Origin: Amoebophrya sp. A120 | Lineage: Eukaryota > Protista > Dinoflagellata | NCBI GenBank assembly: GCA_905178155.1 | Contig: CAJINV010000001.1 | Coordinates: forward strand, 5,119,994-5,183,993 | Length of the DNA: 64,000 nucleotides | Reading direction: 5' to 3' | Shown: piece after piece, positions 24,001 through 35,500 of the stretch | How the letters are laid out: every line of letters starts with the position of its first letter | Position numbering within the stretch: the stretch's first letter is position 1 | The notes under the pieces: model-generated | Told to the model about the DNA's origin: nothing | Database searches by the model: none | Seen by the model: only the letters and a program-made list of their open reading frames with translations | Program-made: the position numbers and the translations under genes

Positions 24001-24758
24001 CGGTGTCCGCACAGGTGGTCAAGCCTAGTAGGTCCATCAACGCATTGACCCGGTCCGTGATCTCCTCCGTCGTGTCATTCGACAGGATGGACGCGGTGTA
24101 TGCCAGTGCACAACTCCCCCTCCCCCTCATTTCTAAATACAAAATCCCAAATCCAGTTCCTGCCTTGCAGCACTCTTTGCATGACAAATTCTGGAAGCCC
24201 AAACAGTACGACAGTCGGCGCATGAACTTGTCATGCCCATGCGCAGGCTCCACGTATCTTCGTGTTTGTCTTGCTGTTCATGCCATACAAATGGGGGGGA
24301 GGGGGAGTTGTGCACTTTCATACGGTGTGCGTGAGCGCCTGGCGGCAGGTCAGGGTGGGGTACTGCGAGTCCACGCAGGGCACGAAGGCGCAGTGGCGAC
24401 TGAAGTCCGAGATGTTTCCCAGCCGCTCGCCGCCGTGCGTGATCTCCGCCTGCAGCAGGTTGCGCGGCATCGCGTCGCCGGTCTTCGCCCCGAACATGCC
24501 GTCCTTCGGGGTTTTCGCACTGAATGTCAGCAGGTCCAGCAGGACCGACTTCCCGGACCCCGAGGGGCCAATCACGCCCAACAGCTCGCCGGGGGCGCAT
24601 TCGAAGCTGACGTTGTTCAGTAGCACCTTGCCCTTCGCGTGGTACTTGCAGGACTGCACCAGCAAGTTCTCGCTGGCGACACCCGCCTTGGTCACCAGCT
24701 TGTCTGCGATCTGGGTGGCCATTTCTTGTTGTTCGGAAGTTGCCGTGGTTTCTGCCAT
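18027..24758 (-). CDS. Full-size ABCG/PDR-type transporter (NBD-TMD-NBD-TMD), 9 exons
   Basis: Walker A GPSGSGKS and GPSGAGKT; signatures MSGGQKKR and MTAGQKKR; Walker B VLYVDEPTSGLDS and MFLDEPTTGIDS. GT-AG introns at 23708-23911, 21762-22054, 21253-21487 and 18556-18821, plus four TIR introns; all junctions are in frame. Confidence 0.93.
18936..19516. mobile_element. Introner-like TIR intron (family A, oversized at 581 bp)
   Basis: TATGCATTGCAAATATGTCTGGGTC ... GACCCCAGGCATATTTGCATTTGATA; perfect direct repeat TGATC; spliced NVLI|THVNVW. Confidence 0.9.
19870..20181. mobile_element. Introner-like TIR intron (family B)
   Basis: TIR core AAAATCCCCCCTCCCCATATC; direct repeat GTGTC/GCGTC; spliced TDPT|PYLGR. 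Confidence 0.9.
22725..23034. mobile_element. Introner-like TIR intron (family B, opposite orientation to 19870-20181)
   Basis: TATTGTGAGGAAAAATCCCCCCTCCCCATATC ... GATATGGGGAGGGGGGCTTTTTCCTTTTGATA; perfect direct repeat TGTCG; spliced GRGHD|NKYVM. Confidence 0.92.
24099..24322. mobile_element. Introner-like TIR intron (family B-related)
   Basis: TIR TATGnnAGTGCACAACTCCCCCTCCCC; perfect direct repeat CGGTG; spliced ALTHT|ASILS. Confidence 0.92.
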
Positions 24759-26279
24759 CGACACCCAAATTTGTAGACAACTTGTCTAAGACAAGAAAGA
24801 AAATCTATCGACAGCGAGGAAGATCTTCCAAAAAAAAAGTAGCCTGTTACTGATTTTTTCAATCAAATAGCCGGTAGAAGTTCTTGTGCCAACTACAGAC
24901 TAAGTGGTCACAAAAACTAAGCTGCACCAGCATACATTTCTCACAACTAACAACATGGACATAGAGTAGACAACAAGAACAAATGGTGAACGTGAACGAT
25001 GGATACTCTTACTCACTTACTTACTCTCGTAGAGAAATAAACTTCGTAAAGAAAGAACCAGGTGGGTCTTCTATCTTGAAACGATTTCGAAATAAAACGT
25101 CAGGGGTTCTCGTCCACCACCACCAGGCAGAACAAATTTAACACTACGATGGAGTCAGTTTCTCTTTACCTTCTTACCGTGATACTTCGACGATTGGGGT
25201 ATTTGTTTCAACCGACCAGAACAATAATTCAGGCTAGAGCTCGGGAGGTGGACGGAAGTAGTCGATAAAAAAGTACCTAGATTTTATCAACTACGACAAG
25301 TTTATTCACTTCTGACGACAATTTGGATTTTCAAGTAAAAATATCAGCTACTCGTGCTGCTGCTTTTTTAGCTTGGTAATTGATTTCTTTCTCTGTCTTA
25401 ATTGCCTCTTTGACTAGTGGGGATTTCGTTTTTGGTTCAGCCGAGTGTCGAAACCTGTCTGTGTGGGGTGAAATCAACGAAAGCTCGAAACAACTACGAC
25501 CTCACTGACGAAACTGGCGTTATTGCACATGCAGACTCTTGCGTGATGAAGACACCACTACTCTTGCAGTGATTTTGGTTTTTTATTCTCACGAAGTGCT
25601 CAAAAACTTGAAGAATAAACCATTCTTTTAGGGTTCGCAGCTATCACTCTCGAGTGCCATTGTCTAGATTTTGATGTTGAAAAAACGAATCAGACAGCAC
25701 CGAGTCTAACTACCGTTTTGCATGATGATAAAACGGCCCTGAGAACAACACAGCGAACGGAGTCAATCTCTGTGCAGGGATTCCGAACGGAGTCAATTTC
25801 TGCACAGGACATGAACTCCGCAATTTTTACATTCGTATTTTACAGGCACAATTTCGCTCCTAGAGAGAAGTGCATCAAGGTCGTTGGCAGATCAATCTCA
25901 ATGTACTAGTTGCTGCTCTTTAATTGCAGCTCTTGGGGCAATTGACTATTGTAAGTGGCCGGCGTCCTCTCCTCAACTGGAATTGGTATCATGAATCTCC
26001 GTCAAGCAACGAAAAAAAAGCGTGAACTTCATGAAAAAGTCATCGTACAGATCGTGTGTCTTCAAACGAACGCCATTTTCACCGATGATTTTCTTTCCTC
26101 TCTAGATGTTGTATCTATCAATTCTAGCCGCGAGAGCAGTCCTGATGAATTCTATCCGCGAGAGTCCTCCCGGTGACGAGGACCCCGGGCAATGCAACTT
26201 TTTTTGAGTTATGACAATTCTCGATTGATGCGCGAAACAACTCGTGAACAGGAGTACAACTCCCTTTTCCGCCTAGAAG

Positions 26280-29200
26280 CTATGCTGCTGCCGACTGTTG
26301 CACTCTGCTGTAGTATTGTTTTTGTAGTCTGTCCAAAAGCTGGCGCTCCTCTTGTAGGCTGAATTTTGTCTCGCTGGCCTCGACCGGCAACTTCTCCGGA
26401 CTGGTGCTAGCTGTTGGTCCTGTAGGCTTCTGGCTCAGTGTTCTCGTCCTCGTCGTCGAGGACCCGCTATTACAACTAGATGCCCCGCGACTTTTAGTGC
26501 CGCGCGTTGTTGGACGGCTCTCGTTCCCCCGCTCGTCGTTGTTATTTGTCAGGTCGATTCGGATCAAGTCGATACCTTGCTGGTGCTTGGCGCCCGTTGT
26601 GGTTGACTTCTTCTTCGCTGAGCTGGAGAGCAGCAGCGCTGGCGCAGGAGCTCCTGCGTCATTATCTTTATTCACATCTCGGAGGTCCAGGTCCTCGTCG
26701 CGAGGACCCGTCACGTCCCTGCTGTCCTCCTGTTCTCTCACTGGGGAGTTCAAGCTACGGACGGAGCGGCGCACCGCTCGGGATGATATGAGCACCTCGG
26801 GTTCGTCGGTTTGGCTGTTGGAGGTGGTTTTCTGCTCCTTTAATATTTTGAAGTCGTCGCGGAGGTGGTCGTCTCTACTCTGTAGAAGTACTGCGCCGCT
26901 GCGACTGGGGTCCGCTTCTAGTGCCGGCGCTGGTTCACTTGTTGTACAACCGGTTCGACTTGTAGTTGCGCCCAGAACGACGTTTTCAATCCACGCGGCT
27001 GCAGCCCGTCCAGGGGAGACGCGAACGTACCGGCGCGTGGATCGCGAACCGCTGCGGCTCCGCGTGCAGTCCGCGCTCGATGTGCGATCGCGGCGGTACT
27101 GGTGCGGGGTCGTGTCCCCGTCATCCAAATCTGATGTCGGTTCCTTCCTCCTGTTCGGTGAGAAGTTGTACTCATGTTCTTTCGTTTTGTTCATGTTCGC
27201 ACGAATTGGAGAACTTTTTCTTGGCTGCCGATCTCGTAGGTCCGCTGCTTGCTCTGTAGTGACTACAGTTGCAGTGACGCCCACGCTCTTCGTTCTTTCG
27301 ACAGATCGTCCTGCAGAAGACGAGTTGTCAGCAGCGTTTGTTCCAGCTACAGAAGTCATCACAGTCATCATCTTTGCAATCAGGCTGGTGACTGTGGGAA
27401 ATTGCTCGTCTAGCAGGACGTCCGTAGGTTGTCCAGTCTCGGAAAACCCGAGGTGGCGGAGAGACAGCGGCAGCGGCGACATCCAGTTGTTTCCTAGTTG
27501 TCGTTATCAAATGTAAAAGTGTCTGGGTCTGGAAGAATGCAAGTTTGTCATGCTTGTCTGGCATGAATCTTAAATCTGCCATGCACGTTACCCAAGAGCT
27601 CCGTTTTTCTGTGATGCAGAAGCGCAGTTTGTCATGCAGAATAGGCAACACCTAGGAGCTCAGAAACTTGTCATGCTGAGCCAGCATTTGCAGCTTCATC
27701 ATGAGACGCCACCCAGCATCACAAGTTCCCAGACCCAGACATTTTTACTTTTGATACCCGTGCGCTTGGCGTGAGGGGGCGACTACTCGAAGGGGTGAGC
27801 GGACGACTAGATGTTGAGGCGGCTCCCGCAGCAGTATCAAGTGTAAAAATGTCTGGGTCTGGAAGAATGCGCGATTTGTCATGCTGCTTTTCCATGACCC
27901 ATGAGGTCTGGAATGCCGGAGCTAGCATGACAGATTCTGCGCGACGTTTCTAATGCCTATCCTGCATGAGAATCTACCTCCTGACTTGGTCAAAATTGGG
28001 CGACTTTTGGTAATCATGCAACACAGATTTTTGCAGGCTGCAGATTTAGCATGACAAGTTGCATTCTTCCAGACCCAGACATTTTTACACTTGATAAGCA
28101 GCGTGCTCCTGCAACGGTTGGAGCTGTATAATCGCCCCAGGGTTGTTGTGGGTGGAGCTCCTGCTTCCCAACTGTGGTAAAGCCGGTGCCGCGGCGGCGG
28201 GTCTTGCAGAGGTACTACTTGTTGTACTACCAGCACCTGCTGAAGAAAAAGCAGCTGGTGACGCGAAGACATCCGCCTGCTTTAGTAGTACTTGGGACGA
28301 TTTTTCATCTTCTCCGCTGTAGTTGTGAGCATCTTGTTTTCGGCCGTTGTTGGTTTCTAGTTCTTCCGTTTGGTTCTGATTTTTACCTTGGTCGTCGAGG
28401 TTCCATTGCTGCTGAACTTGCTCCACAGAGGCAGCTCGTCCTGGCATATAATTACGAACAGTCGACGCCGCTGCAAGGGTCCGATTTTTGTTCTCGCTTC
28501 CGGCCTGATCAGCTCTTTCTTGCACGGACATCAATTCCAGCATCCTCACCCGTTCCGCTAACCGCCGGTTTTCGTCCTCCAGCTTCAGCGCGCGCAACCG
28601 GTAGTCCACGGCCAGGTTCGGCCGCACCTCCGTCTGCAGCACCACCGAGCTGCAGCGCTGGGCGAACCGCAGGGTAGACAGACTCTCCTGCGCGTTTTGG
28701 AGCAACGCGGACATGGTGGCGACCAGGGCCGTCTTGCAGTTGCCGACCAGTGCCTCCTTCAGCAGAAACGTCATCAAGGAGTTGCGGAAGGGAACGAACC
28801 CGCTCTCGTTCTGCATCGCAATCACCACCTGCTCCAAAAAGTGCAGACTCTTGTTGATCGATTTCGCCTCGGTCAATCTGCCGACGTGGTTCACAGCCTG
28901 CTTGTTTTTGCCTTGCGGCTCGCCTGGAAGAAGACCGCCTGGTGCAGACGAGGCCTGCTGCTGCCCGAGCGAACAAGTTTTGTACACCTGGGAGCAAAGT
29001 CATGAACACGATTGTATGTCATCATTATCATTATCATCATCATCATCATTCATCTATCATTAGTGTTTTATCATATTTTGTGTTGTCGTTCTCTGCGCCT
29101 GTACTGCTGCATTCCGTATCCTTACCGATTGAAAGTATGAAGCACAAACAACGACACCAGGAGCACAGTGCGGATATATCAAACTAAAAAATGAGTTGGA

Positions 29201-31363
29201 GAGAACTCTTACCCGCTCACTACCGGCAAGGTCCACCAGGTGTAAGCGCGCCGCTAAATGCGTATCCCCCTCCCACTGTTCTACAAATATGGTGAAAATC
29301 GCGTGCGAGCGGCTGCTATTGCTGTTGGTCTTCGTGTATGCATGGACAAAAAAGTCTCGGCTTTTGCATTTCTTTGCCATCTTACCTTAACATACTATCA
29401 GTGACGCAAATCGATGCACCATTTTTTTCTGTCGCCAGAAGAACGACGAGGCGTCCTATTTCCGCTTCATGACTATGTTGACAATGCTTCATGTATAATG
29501 CTTGTGCAATTCATCCTTGTAAGAAGTGTACTATCTGCACTGCGTTTCTTGGTACAACGAAGATAGATTTCTACTCCTTGTGGCTAAAAAGCCGATTTGT
29601 AGTAAACATCCTTCGCGCTGGATAAGGTGCGCGCGTCGGACCGATTGAGCGCCGCGAGAAAGACGCAATCCAACGCCTCTCGTTCCGATTGGCAAACGTG
29701 CTCCGCCAGATTCGGCTGGGTCTGGAACTATCCTGACCAAAAATGTCCCCACCCCCGAGTCAAGATGGGGAATCTGCTACACAAATCAACCAGCCGAAGC
29801 TTTGGCTGTTGCGCATGACAAGATTGGCCTCGTATTGTGACCCTGTTTAGCTAGTTCGGCACAGCGTCACAGATCTAGCGTATCATAACAATTCGAGCAT
29901 CACAAATCCCAGAACACGAGTAGAAAATGCTTCTCATAGAGCTCCGCATGAGCTACATTTTGAGCATGCAGATTTGCATTACAACTCTGGGGTGTGGGCC
30001 CCGTTTTTACACAGGATAGGAACAAGTCCACTTTCAGCGACGGCGCGGTCCCGGAGTTCGCCTGCGGCTGCAACAGGAGATCGTAGCCTTGGTCGTTGTA
30101 CACTTCGAGGCATTTCACAGAGACCTGATACCGGTAGTAGCTGCCCTCATGGTCCTCCTCGGTTCCCGTACTACAACTTTCGCCGAGGCCGCTGCGCCGC
30201 AACTCCGCTATCCTATGTAAAAACGTCCCCACCCCATAGTGAAGATGGAAAGTCGGCTAGACAAATCCACAAGCTTTGGTTTTTTTGCATGACAAATTTG
30301 GACTGGTATTGTAGTGCTGTTTCAGGTAGTTGCGCAGCATCACAGATCTAGTATATGATGCTCATTGGAGCATGACAAATTCCAAAATACGCCTAGAAAA
30401 TGCTTCTCATGGGGCTCCGCATGAGAAACATTCTCAGCATGCAGATTTGCATTACAACTATGGTGTGGGGACGTTTTTAAATACGATATCCGCGTCCTTT
30501 TCCCGCAGCTTCTGGAACACCCCACAGAGGAACCGCGGGATGAGACCGCGCTCCCGGTACTTACTGCCACCGTAGATCGTATATGTCTTCCCCGTGCCGG
30601 TTTGGCCGTACGCAAAAACGCAACCCGTAATGCCCCGCACCAAGTTGTCCACGAACGGCTCAAACTCGGCGAAAATTTCCTCTTGTTCCGAGTGGGGCGT
30701 GAACACTTGCCCGTTGAACAGCCCCCGGTAGCTGCTGCAGGGTAGCACCGGCTGCTGCGGCTGAAGCTGATGCCCAGTAGAGTGCAGCTGCTCCGCATCG
30801 TGATTATACGCCGAATTATGGGATGAAGAACCCGTTGTAGAATTGCCATTGTAACCTGATGTAGATAACAGCTGTGGTAAAAATTTATTTTACCCGCCAT
30901 GGCGGGCACGCAACTCATCTCACTTGCGACCACCCTCAAGAAGCCTCTTGATTAAGAGGAAGACCAACATGAAAAACACTTTATTGTTCACAACGAGCGT
31001 GAGGCCCTAGCATTGCTTTTTACTTGTGTAGTTCGTTTATTTTCTTGAACCTCGTCTTGTCTTGATTTTTCCTTTCCACAAAGCCAAGGGGTTGATGCTA
31101 ATTGTGAACGGATAAGTTTATGGCTTCTTCTTGATGATCATGATCCTCATCTATAGAGGACATGAACATGATTTTTATGATTGATATGTGGCAATATTAA
31201 ACGGACCCGTAGCTGTACCTTGTTGATGCGGGATTTCGAGGCTGAGCCAGTGCTCGTTCTCAGCGGTGCTCTGGACCTCGATCTGGCAGGTGGCGTCTTC
31301 CGGATCGAAAACAGGGCAGATCCGCGCATAGGTCGCAAGGCGCGCCCCTCCTCCGGGTGACAT
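26280..31363 (-). CDS. Kinesin motor protein, kinesin-9 (KIF6/KIF9)-like, multi-exon; 5' end uncertain
   Basis: [60 protein letters not shown] and STLRFA. Five TIR-type introns, a GT-AG intron at 28988-29212, and an unresolved first intron. Confidence 0.9.
27505..27756. mobile_element. Introner-like TIR intron (family A)
   Basis: TATCAAATGTAAAAGTGTCTGGGTCTGG ... CCAGACCCAGACATTTTTACTTTTGATA; degenerate direct repeat GTCGT/CCCGT; removing the element plus 5 nt joins into the frame of ORF 26280-27482. Confidence 0.88.
27835..28096. mobile_element. Introner-like TIR intron (family A)
   Basis: Perfect TIR TATCAAGTGTAAAAATGTCTGGGTCTGGAAGAATGC; perfect direct repeat AGCAG. Confidence 0.92.
29337..29624. 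mobile_element. Decayed introner-like intron
   Basis: TAT...ATA ends, partial direct repeat TCGTG/AGGTG, little TIR left; removing the element plus 5 nt gives [17 protein letters not shown] (kinesin switch I). Confidence 0.7.
29729..30018. mobile_element. Introner-like TIR intron (family C)
   Basis: TATCCTG...TCCCCACCCC-type TIR; perfect direct repeat GGAAC; spliced VDLF|QTQPNL. Confidence 0.9.
30209..30488. mobile_element. Introner-like TIR intron (family C)
   Basis: TATCCTATGTAAAAACGTCCCCACCCCATAGT ... ACTATGGTGTGGGGACGTTTTTAAATACGATA; perfect direct repeat TCCGC; spliced EKDA|ELRR. Confidence 0.92.
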
Positions 31364-32566
31364 GATGTGAAGATGAAACTACCCCCGATGTCAGAATTCC
31401 CTTGTAGTTCCCAAACGGATTTTGACTCACGCAATACACTTCCCTTTTGGGTGCGGGACCTTTAATATGATCCACGCCTTCTCGAATCGCATCGGTTCGC
31501 CATCGCCTTCGCCGGTTCTCCTTCTCTGACAAAAACGAAAGCAAGGACGACAAGCGGGAACTCCTACACTAATACTTGTATAAACTAGCTTGGCGTGATC
31601 CGCACAGAGTCCGAAACGTGGCCTCAACATCTCTCCGTATGTAATAGAATAAGTGGAAAATAGAATACATGTTGTAGTTGTACTTACTCGTAATCTTTTT
31701 AGTAAATACGCTGCTTATTTTTCTATGTCGTCAACAACCATCTCACTACAATTTTACTCTTTTGCGAGCCTTGTTCGTTTAGCGGTAGCGCTCATCTCAT
31801 GCAGGAAATGGCGCTACGCTGTTTCTCACACTCTACGAACCACGACACCTTTGGGGGTCGGTGCGGCTCCTAGTCGTACACGTTGTACATGTACTCCAGT
31901 GACAACATAAGTACAATTTCTCTTCCAAGTCGCAATCGCGGCAGAACAAAAAGCCGCATTGGCAGTGATCGATGACCGAGAGAACGGCACCGAGAGAACG
32001 GCACTGCATTGCAACACGGCAACCGAGAGAACGGCACCGTGCATCCCTGTCTGACGGCGCAGTTCTTCCTTGAGCAGACTACAAACATTGTTGAAGAAAC
32101 TTCTACTCCTCATCCAACTAGCCAGCAACGCTGCAAAATTGATAAAGCAGTCCGCATCATAGTGCTCGAAACATCATACAGTGAAAGACACTACTTCACA
32201 CTCGCCGCGAGGTGAATATTGGAGTTAGGACTCAACACCAGTCTTCTTCTCAACGAGTTGTTCGGTCAAACGAGCGCGAGAAGAAACTGCACCATTCTCA
32301 TACATCTTTTCGCCTCCTGGAAACGCCGACGCCGAAGAACGATGATGCTAAGATGAGAGTACGTACTTCTTCGCTGGTGTACCATCTACTTCTCATACAA
32401 GAAAGCTTCCCGGATCTTCCTGACGAAACATATTAGCGCTCTGCCTGCATCCTCCACTTCGCGGAAGCGTTTCCTCCTTTTTTGCAATTTCCAGTCCCAA
32501 ATCAGGTGTTGGTAGTTGACCTTGAATGATGGCTGCTCGTCCTCCGCACAGTACAATTGAAGCGCT

Positions 32567-35500
32567 TCAATGTTGATCTCCTTTCATCTCATCGTCTTCG
32601 AGCAGTTGCTGCACGGCGACCCGACCGTTTCCCTTTTTGGTGTACCGAACCAATACAGACTCGCCCCGGTGCGGTTTTCCCGGCCCGGCCACGGCATCCC
32701 CAAGAAAAAAGGAAAAGCAGGCACGATATATTATTTCGAGTGTATGGCAAATAGAATTACTTTTACTTACACAGAAAAATCTGCATTGCATACCCTGAGC
32801 AGCATGCTATGGATTCACCCATGCAGGATTTCCATTTTCTGTGTGTTACTTAGTGTTTATTTCTGCATAGTATGCCTTGCCTGCTTTTTTTCTGTGGGAT
32901 ACACGGTGATGAAGTCGTAGAGCTTCTTCGCGTCCCGCATAAATTCCGCTTCGTCCATCAGCATTCGCACTGGCGCGGTTTGCACCGGCGGCGCTTTGTT
33001 TTTTTCATCCACGAGGTTAATATTTTCGTCGTCGTCCTCCCGCCTAGTGCTGGAGAACGCCGGAGCCACAACGCCAGGTGCCGGTCGTGCTGAAGGCATT
33101 AAGGCTGAGGAACTACGATCCGACTGGGTGAAGACAGGAGTCGGGTGCTGCACCATCTGCAGCCCGAGTAGTTGCGCTTGCATGCCTCCGGGTGGCCCCA
33201 AACCTGTCGGTGACGGGCGGACACCTGCGAATGTTGTACCTCCTGCCAACATCGTGGAGGTGCTACTAACCGTAGAAGCAGATGGCGGGTTCATGGACGG
33301 CGCGGGCGGGAGCCTAGCGAGAGAAGTAGCGGCCTGGGGAGTAGAAGCAGCCGCGCGGCCTGGTGCAGGGTCGTGCACCACCAGCGCTTCACCGCGCTTC
33401 GCCTGCAGGGCCATCTGCCGCTTAGTCAGGGGCGGTGGCGCGCGCGGCGCACCGTAAGGCAGGTCGTCCCCCTCTTCTACCTCATCGTCCAAGTCCCGAG
33501 TGGCCGCGGACCGCTTCCGCCCACTTGCGCGGTTTTTGCCGGGTGGGGGTCCGGAGCCTTTGCTTCGGCCCGCTCCCGCGGTTTCTTCTTTCCGCCGACG
33601 TCGGCCTTGGCGGCGGCCACCCTGAAGTGTTCATGAAAATGTTCGCATCGCGATCGTACCAGATAGAACAAGTAGGAGCATATTCCCTATTTCTTTCGAA
33701 AACTACACGCAGGCAAGTTGCGAAGAACTTTCAGGCACGAGCGCCACTTTTTCTTTTTCTTTCCAGATTCTTCATCTTCATCACCACATTACGCTCCGAA
33801 ATCAATCAGCACGATGCAGCAATATCATGGAACCTACAGTAAAACAAAATTTTGCGATCACAGAAAGAAGCAGCTCGAGATGACCTACTTACATGCTTCG
33901 CGTCCTCCTCGGAGGAAGAGGCAGCCGGACTTGATGACCCCTTCGCGAGGAGCCCTTGGCTGAGCATCCGGATTTCGTCCCCCGTGAGTTCCAGCTCGGT
34001 GTTTTGCTCGTCGAACACCCGCATAGGCCCGGTTTCTGCGTCGCCGGGCTGGGTGCAATCCGTTTCCCGAAGGAAGCTGCAGCTAAATGTACGCCCGGAC
34101 TCCTCCGAGAAAAGCCGTCGCGTGAATGCGTCCACCTTGCGAAGCCTTCCGCACAGTGCGCAGGTGAGAAAGTGCGCTGCGTTCGATTGCGCCGCATCCT
34201 GATGATCGGAGAGGGATTACTATGACCAGCGATTCCACCTTGAACAAACGTTGAATTGCACCCGGATGCACGACCTGCAAAAGATAAAGAAGTAGATGAA
34301 AATGCAGAAGTATACACTTCTGCTTCGCCGTGCTTGCCCTTGCCCGATTCCGATAAGCGGGTCCGCACTCATCGTCGCGTATGCCTTCAGCGCTGCCTGT
34401 CTGGGCTCGTGGGACCGCCGATGCAAGCGCATCCCGCTCGTCCCAGATGGGTCACTCGTTCCAGGAAACGACATTTTCGTTCCAGATGATCAAACCGGGG
34501 GATGTTCACCTTGACATCATAAACGAAGTGAAGACGAAGAGCACCCGCAGTGCAAGTAGTATTGAACCTCCCGCCGAGGAACTTCGCGTTTTTGAAGAAA
34601 GCGCACGTCTCTCCTAGACAAGGAACCTGGATGAAGAAGATCCAGACTCGTTTTTCCATTTAACAGGAAACTCAAACGATATTTACGAACGCAAAATCAC
34701 GAACAACGCTTTTCTTCGTCGAGGTGAGAATTCCCTGGCTTCAGTCCGCCGTCGCCATCTCATCTGTCTCCGCAAATTATGCACACACAAGAAAATTCTC
34801 AGAATACAATGGGTCGGGCTGATATTTTGCTCATTTGTGGTTCGTGCGCCAGGACGATTATTGCCCATCAAGATTGTAGTGTACATAATGAAAGCGCACT
34901 GGGTCGTGGTGTGTAAGCAGGCGGCAAGAAGATGATATCGCCAAAGATCATTTTCGTTTCACGGATAATTGATAACCATAGCAAAGCGTTTCTTGATAGT
35001 TTCGTTTCGTTTTCTTTCATTTTGGTCGTGCATCTAGTTGGATCTATCATAGACGGTTAGGTTACGTTTGGTCGTTTCATTTCTTTCCTCAAGAAAACTC
35101 CAGGCGACGGCTGCGACGTTCCATGACCCCCGCACCATGATCCTGCTAAAAGTTTACAGGTATTTGCGCACGTGCCACATGTCGTCGGGGAGGTGTTCGA
35201 AGAGCGGGCGGAACCTGGGTTCGGATTTGGAGAGGAGCTTGAAGATTTCCAGAACCACCTGCGGGAACTCGTTGTAGTACTTCGCACAATGCTCCACCAG
35301 GTCCACGCACTGCTCGTAGGCCACGGAGGCGGGACTCTCGACCGGCACCCCGATGCGCGCAGACACGAAGAGAAAGTCGGACCCGCCGTCGGGATCGTTC
35401 TTCCGACTCAGGAAGTGCTTCAGGGTGAAGAGCACCTTTTCTGGCATGTCGTGCAGCAGCTTGAACGCCGTGGGAATCACCGAGGCCCCGTACACCTCCT

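Noticed and set aside
18027-24758. Two separate half-size ABCG genes
   Set aside because: A GT-AG intron at 21253-21487 joins the halves in frame (TLG|MDLK), so one full-size gene is more parsimonious.
27835-28096. TA target-site duplication (Tc1/mariner model) for the introners
   Set aside because: Removing the element plus one TA shifts the frame here, whereas the outer 5-bp repeats are consistent and restore it.
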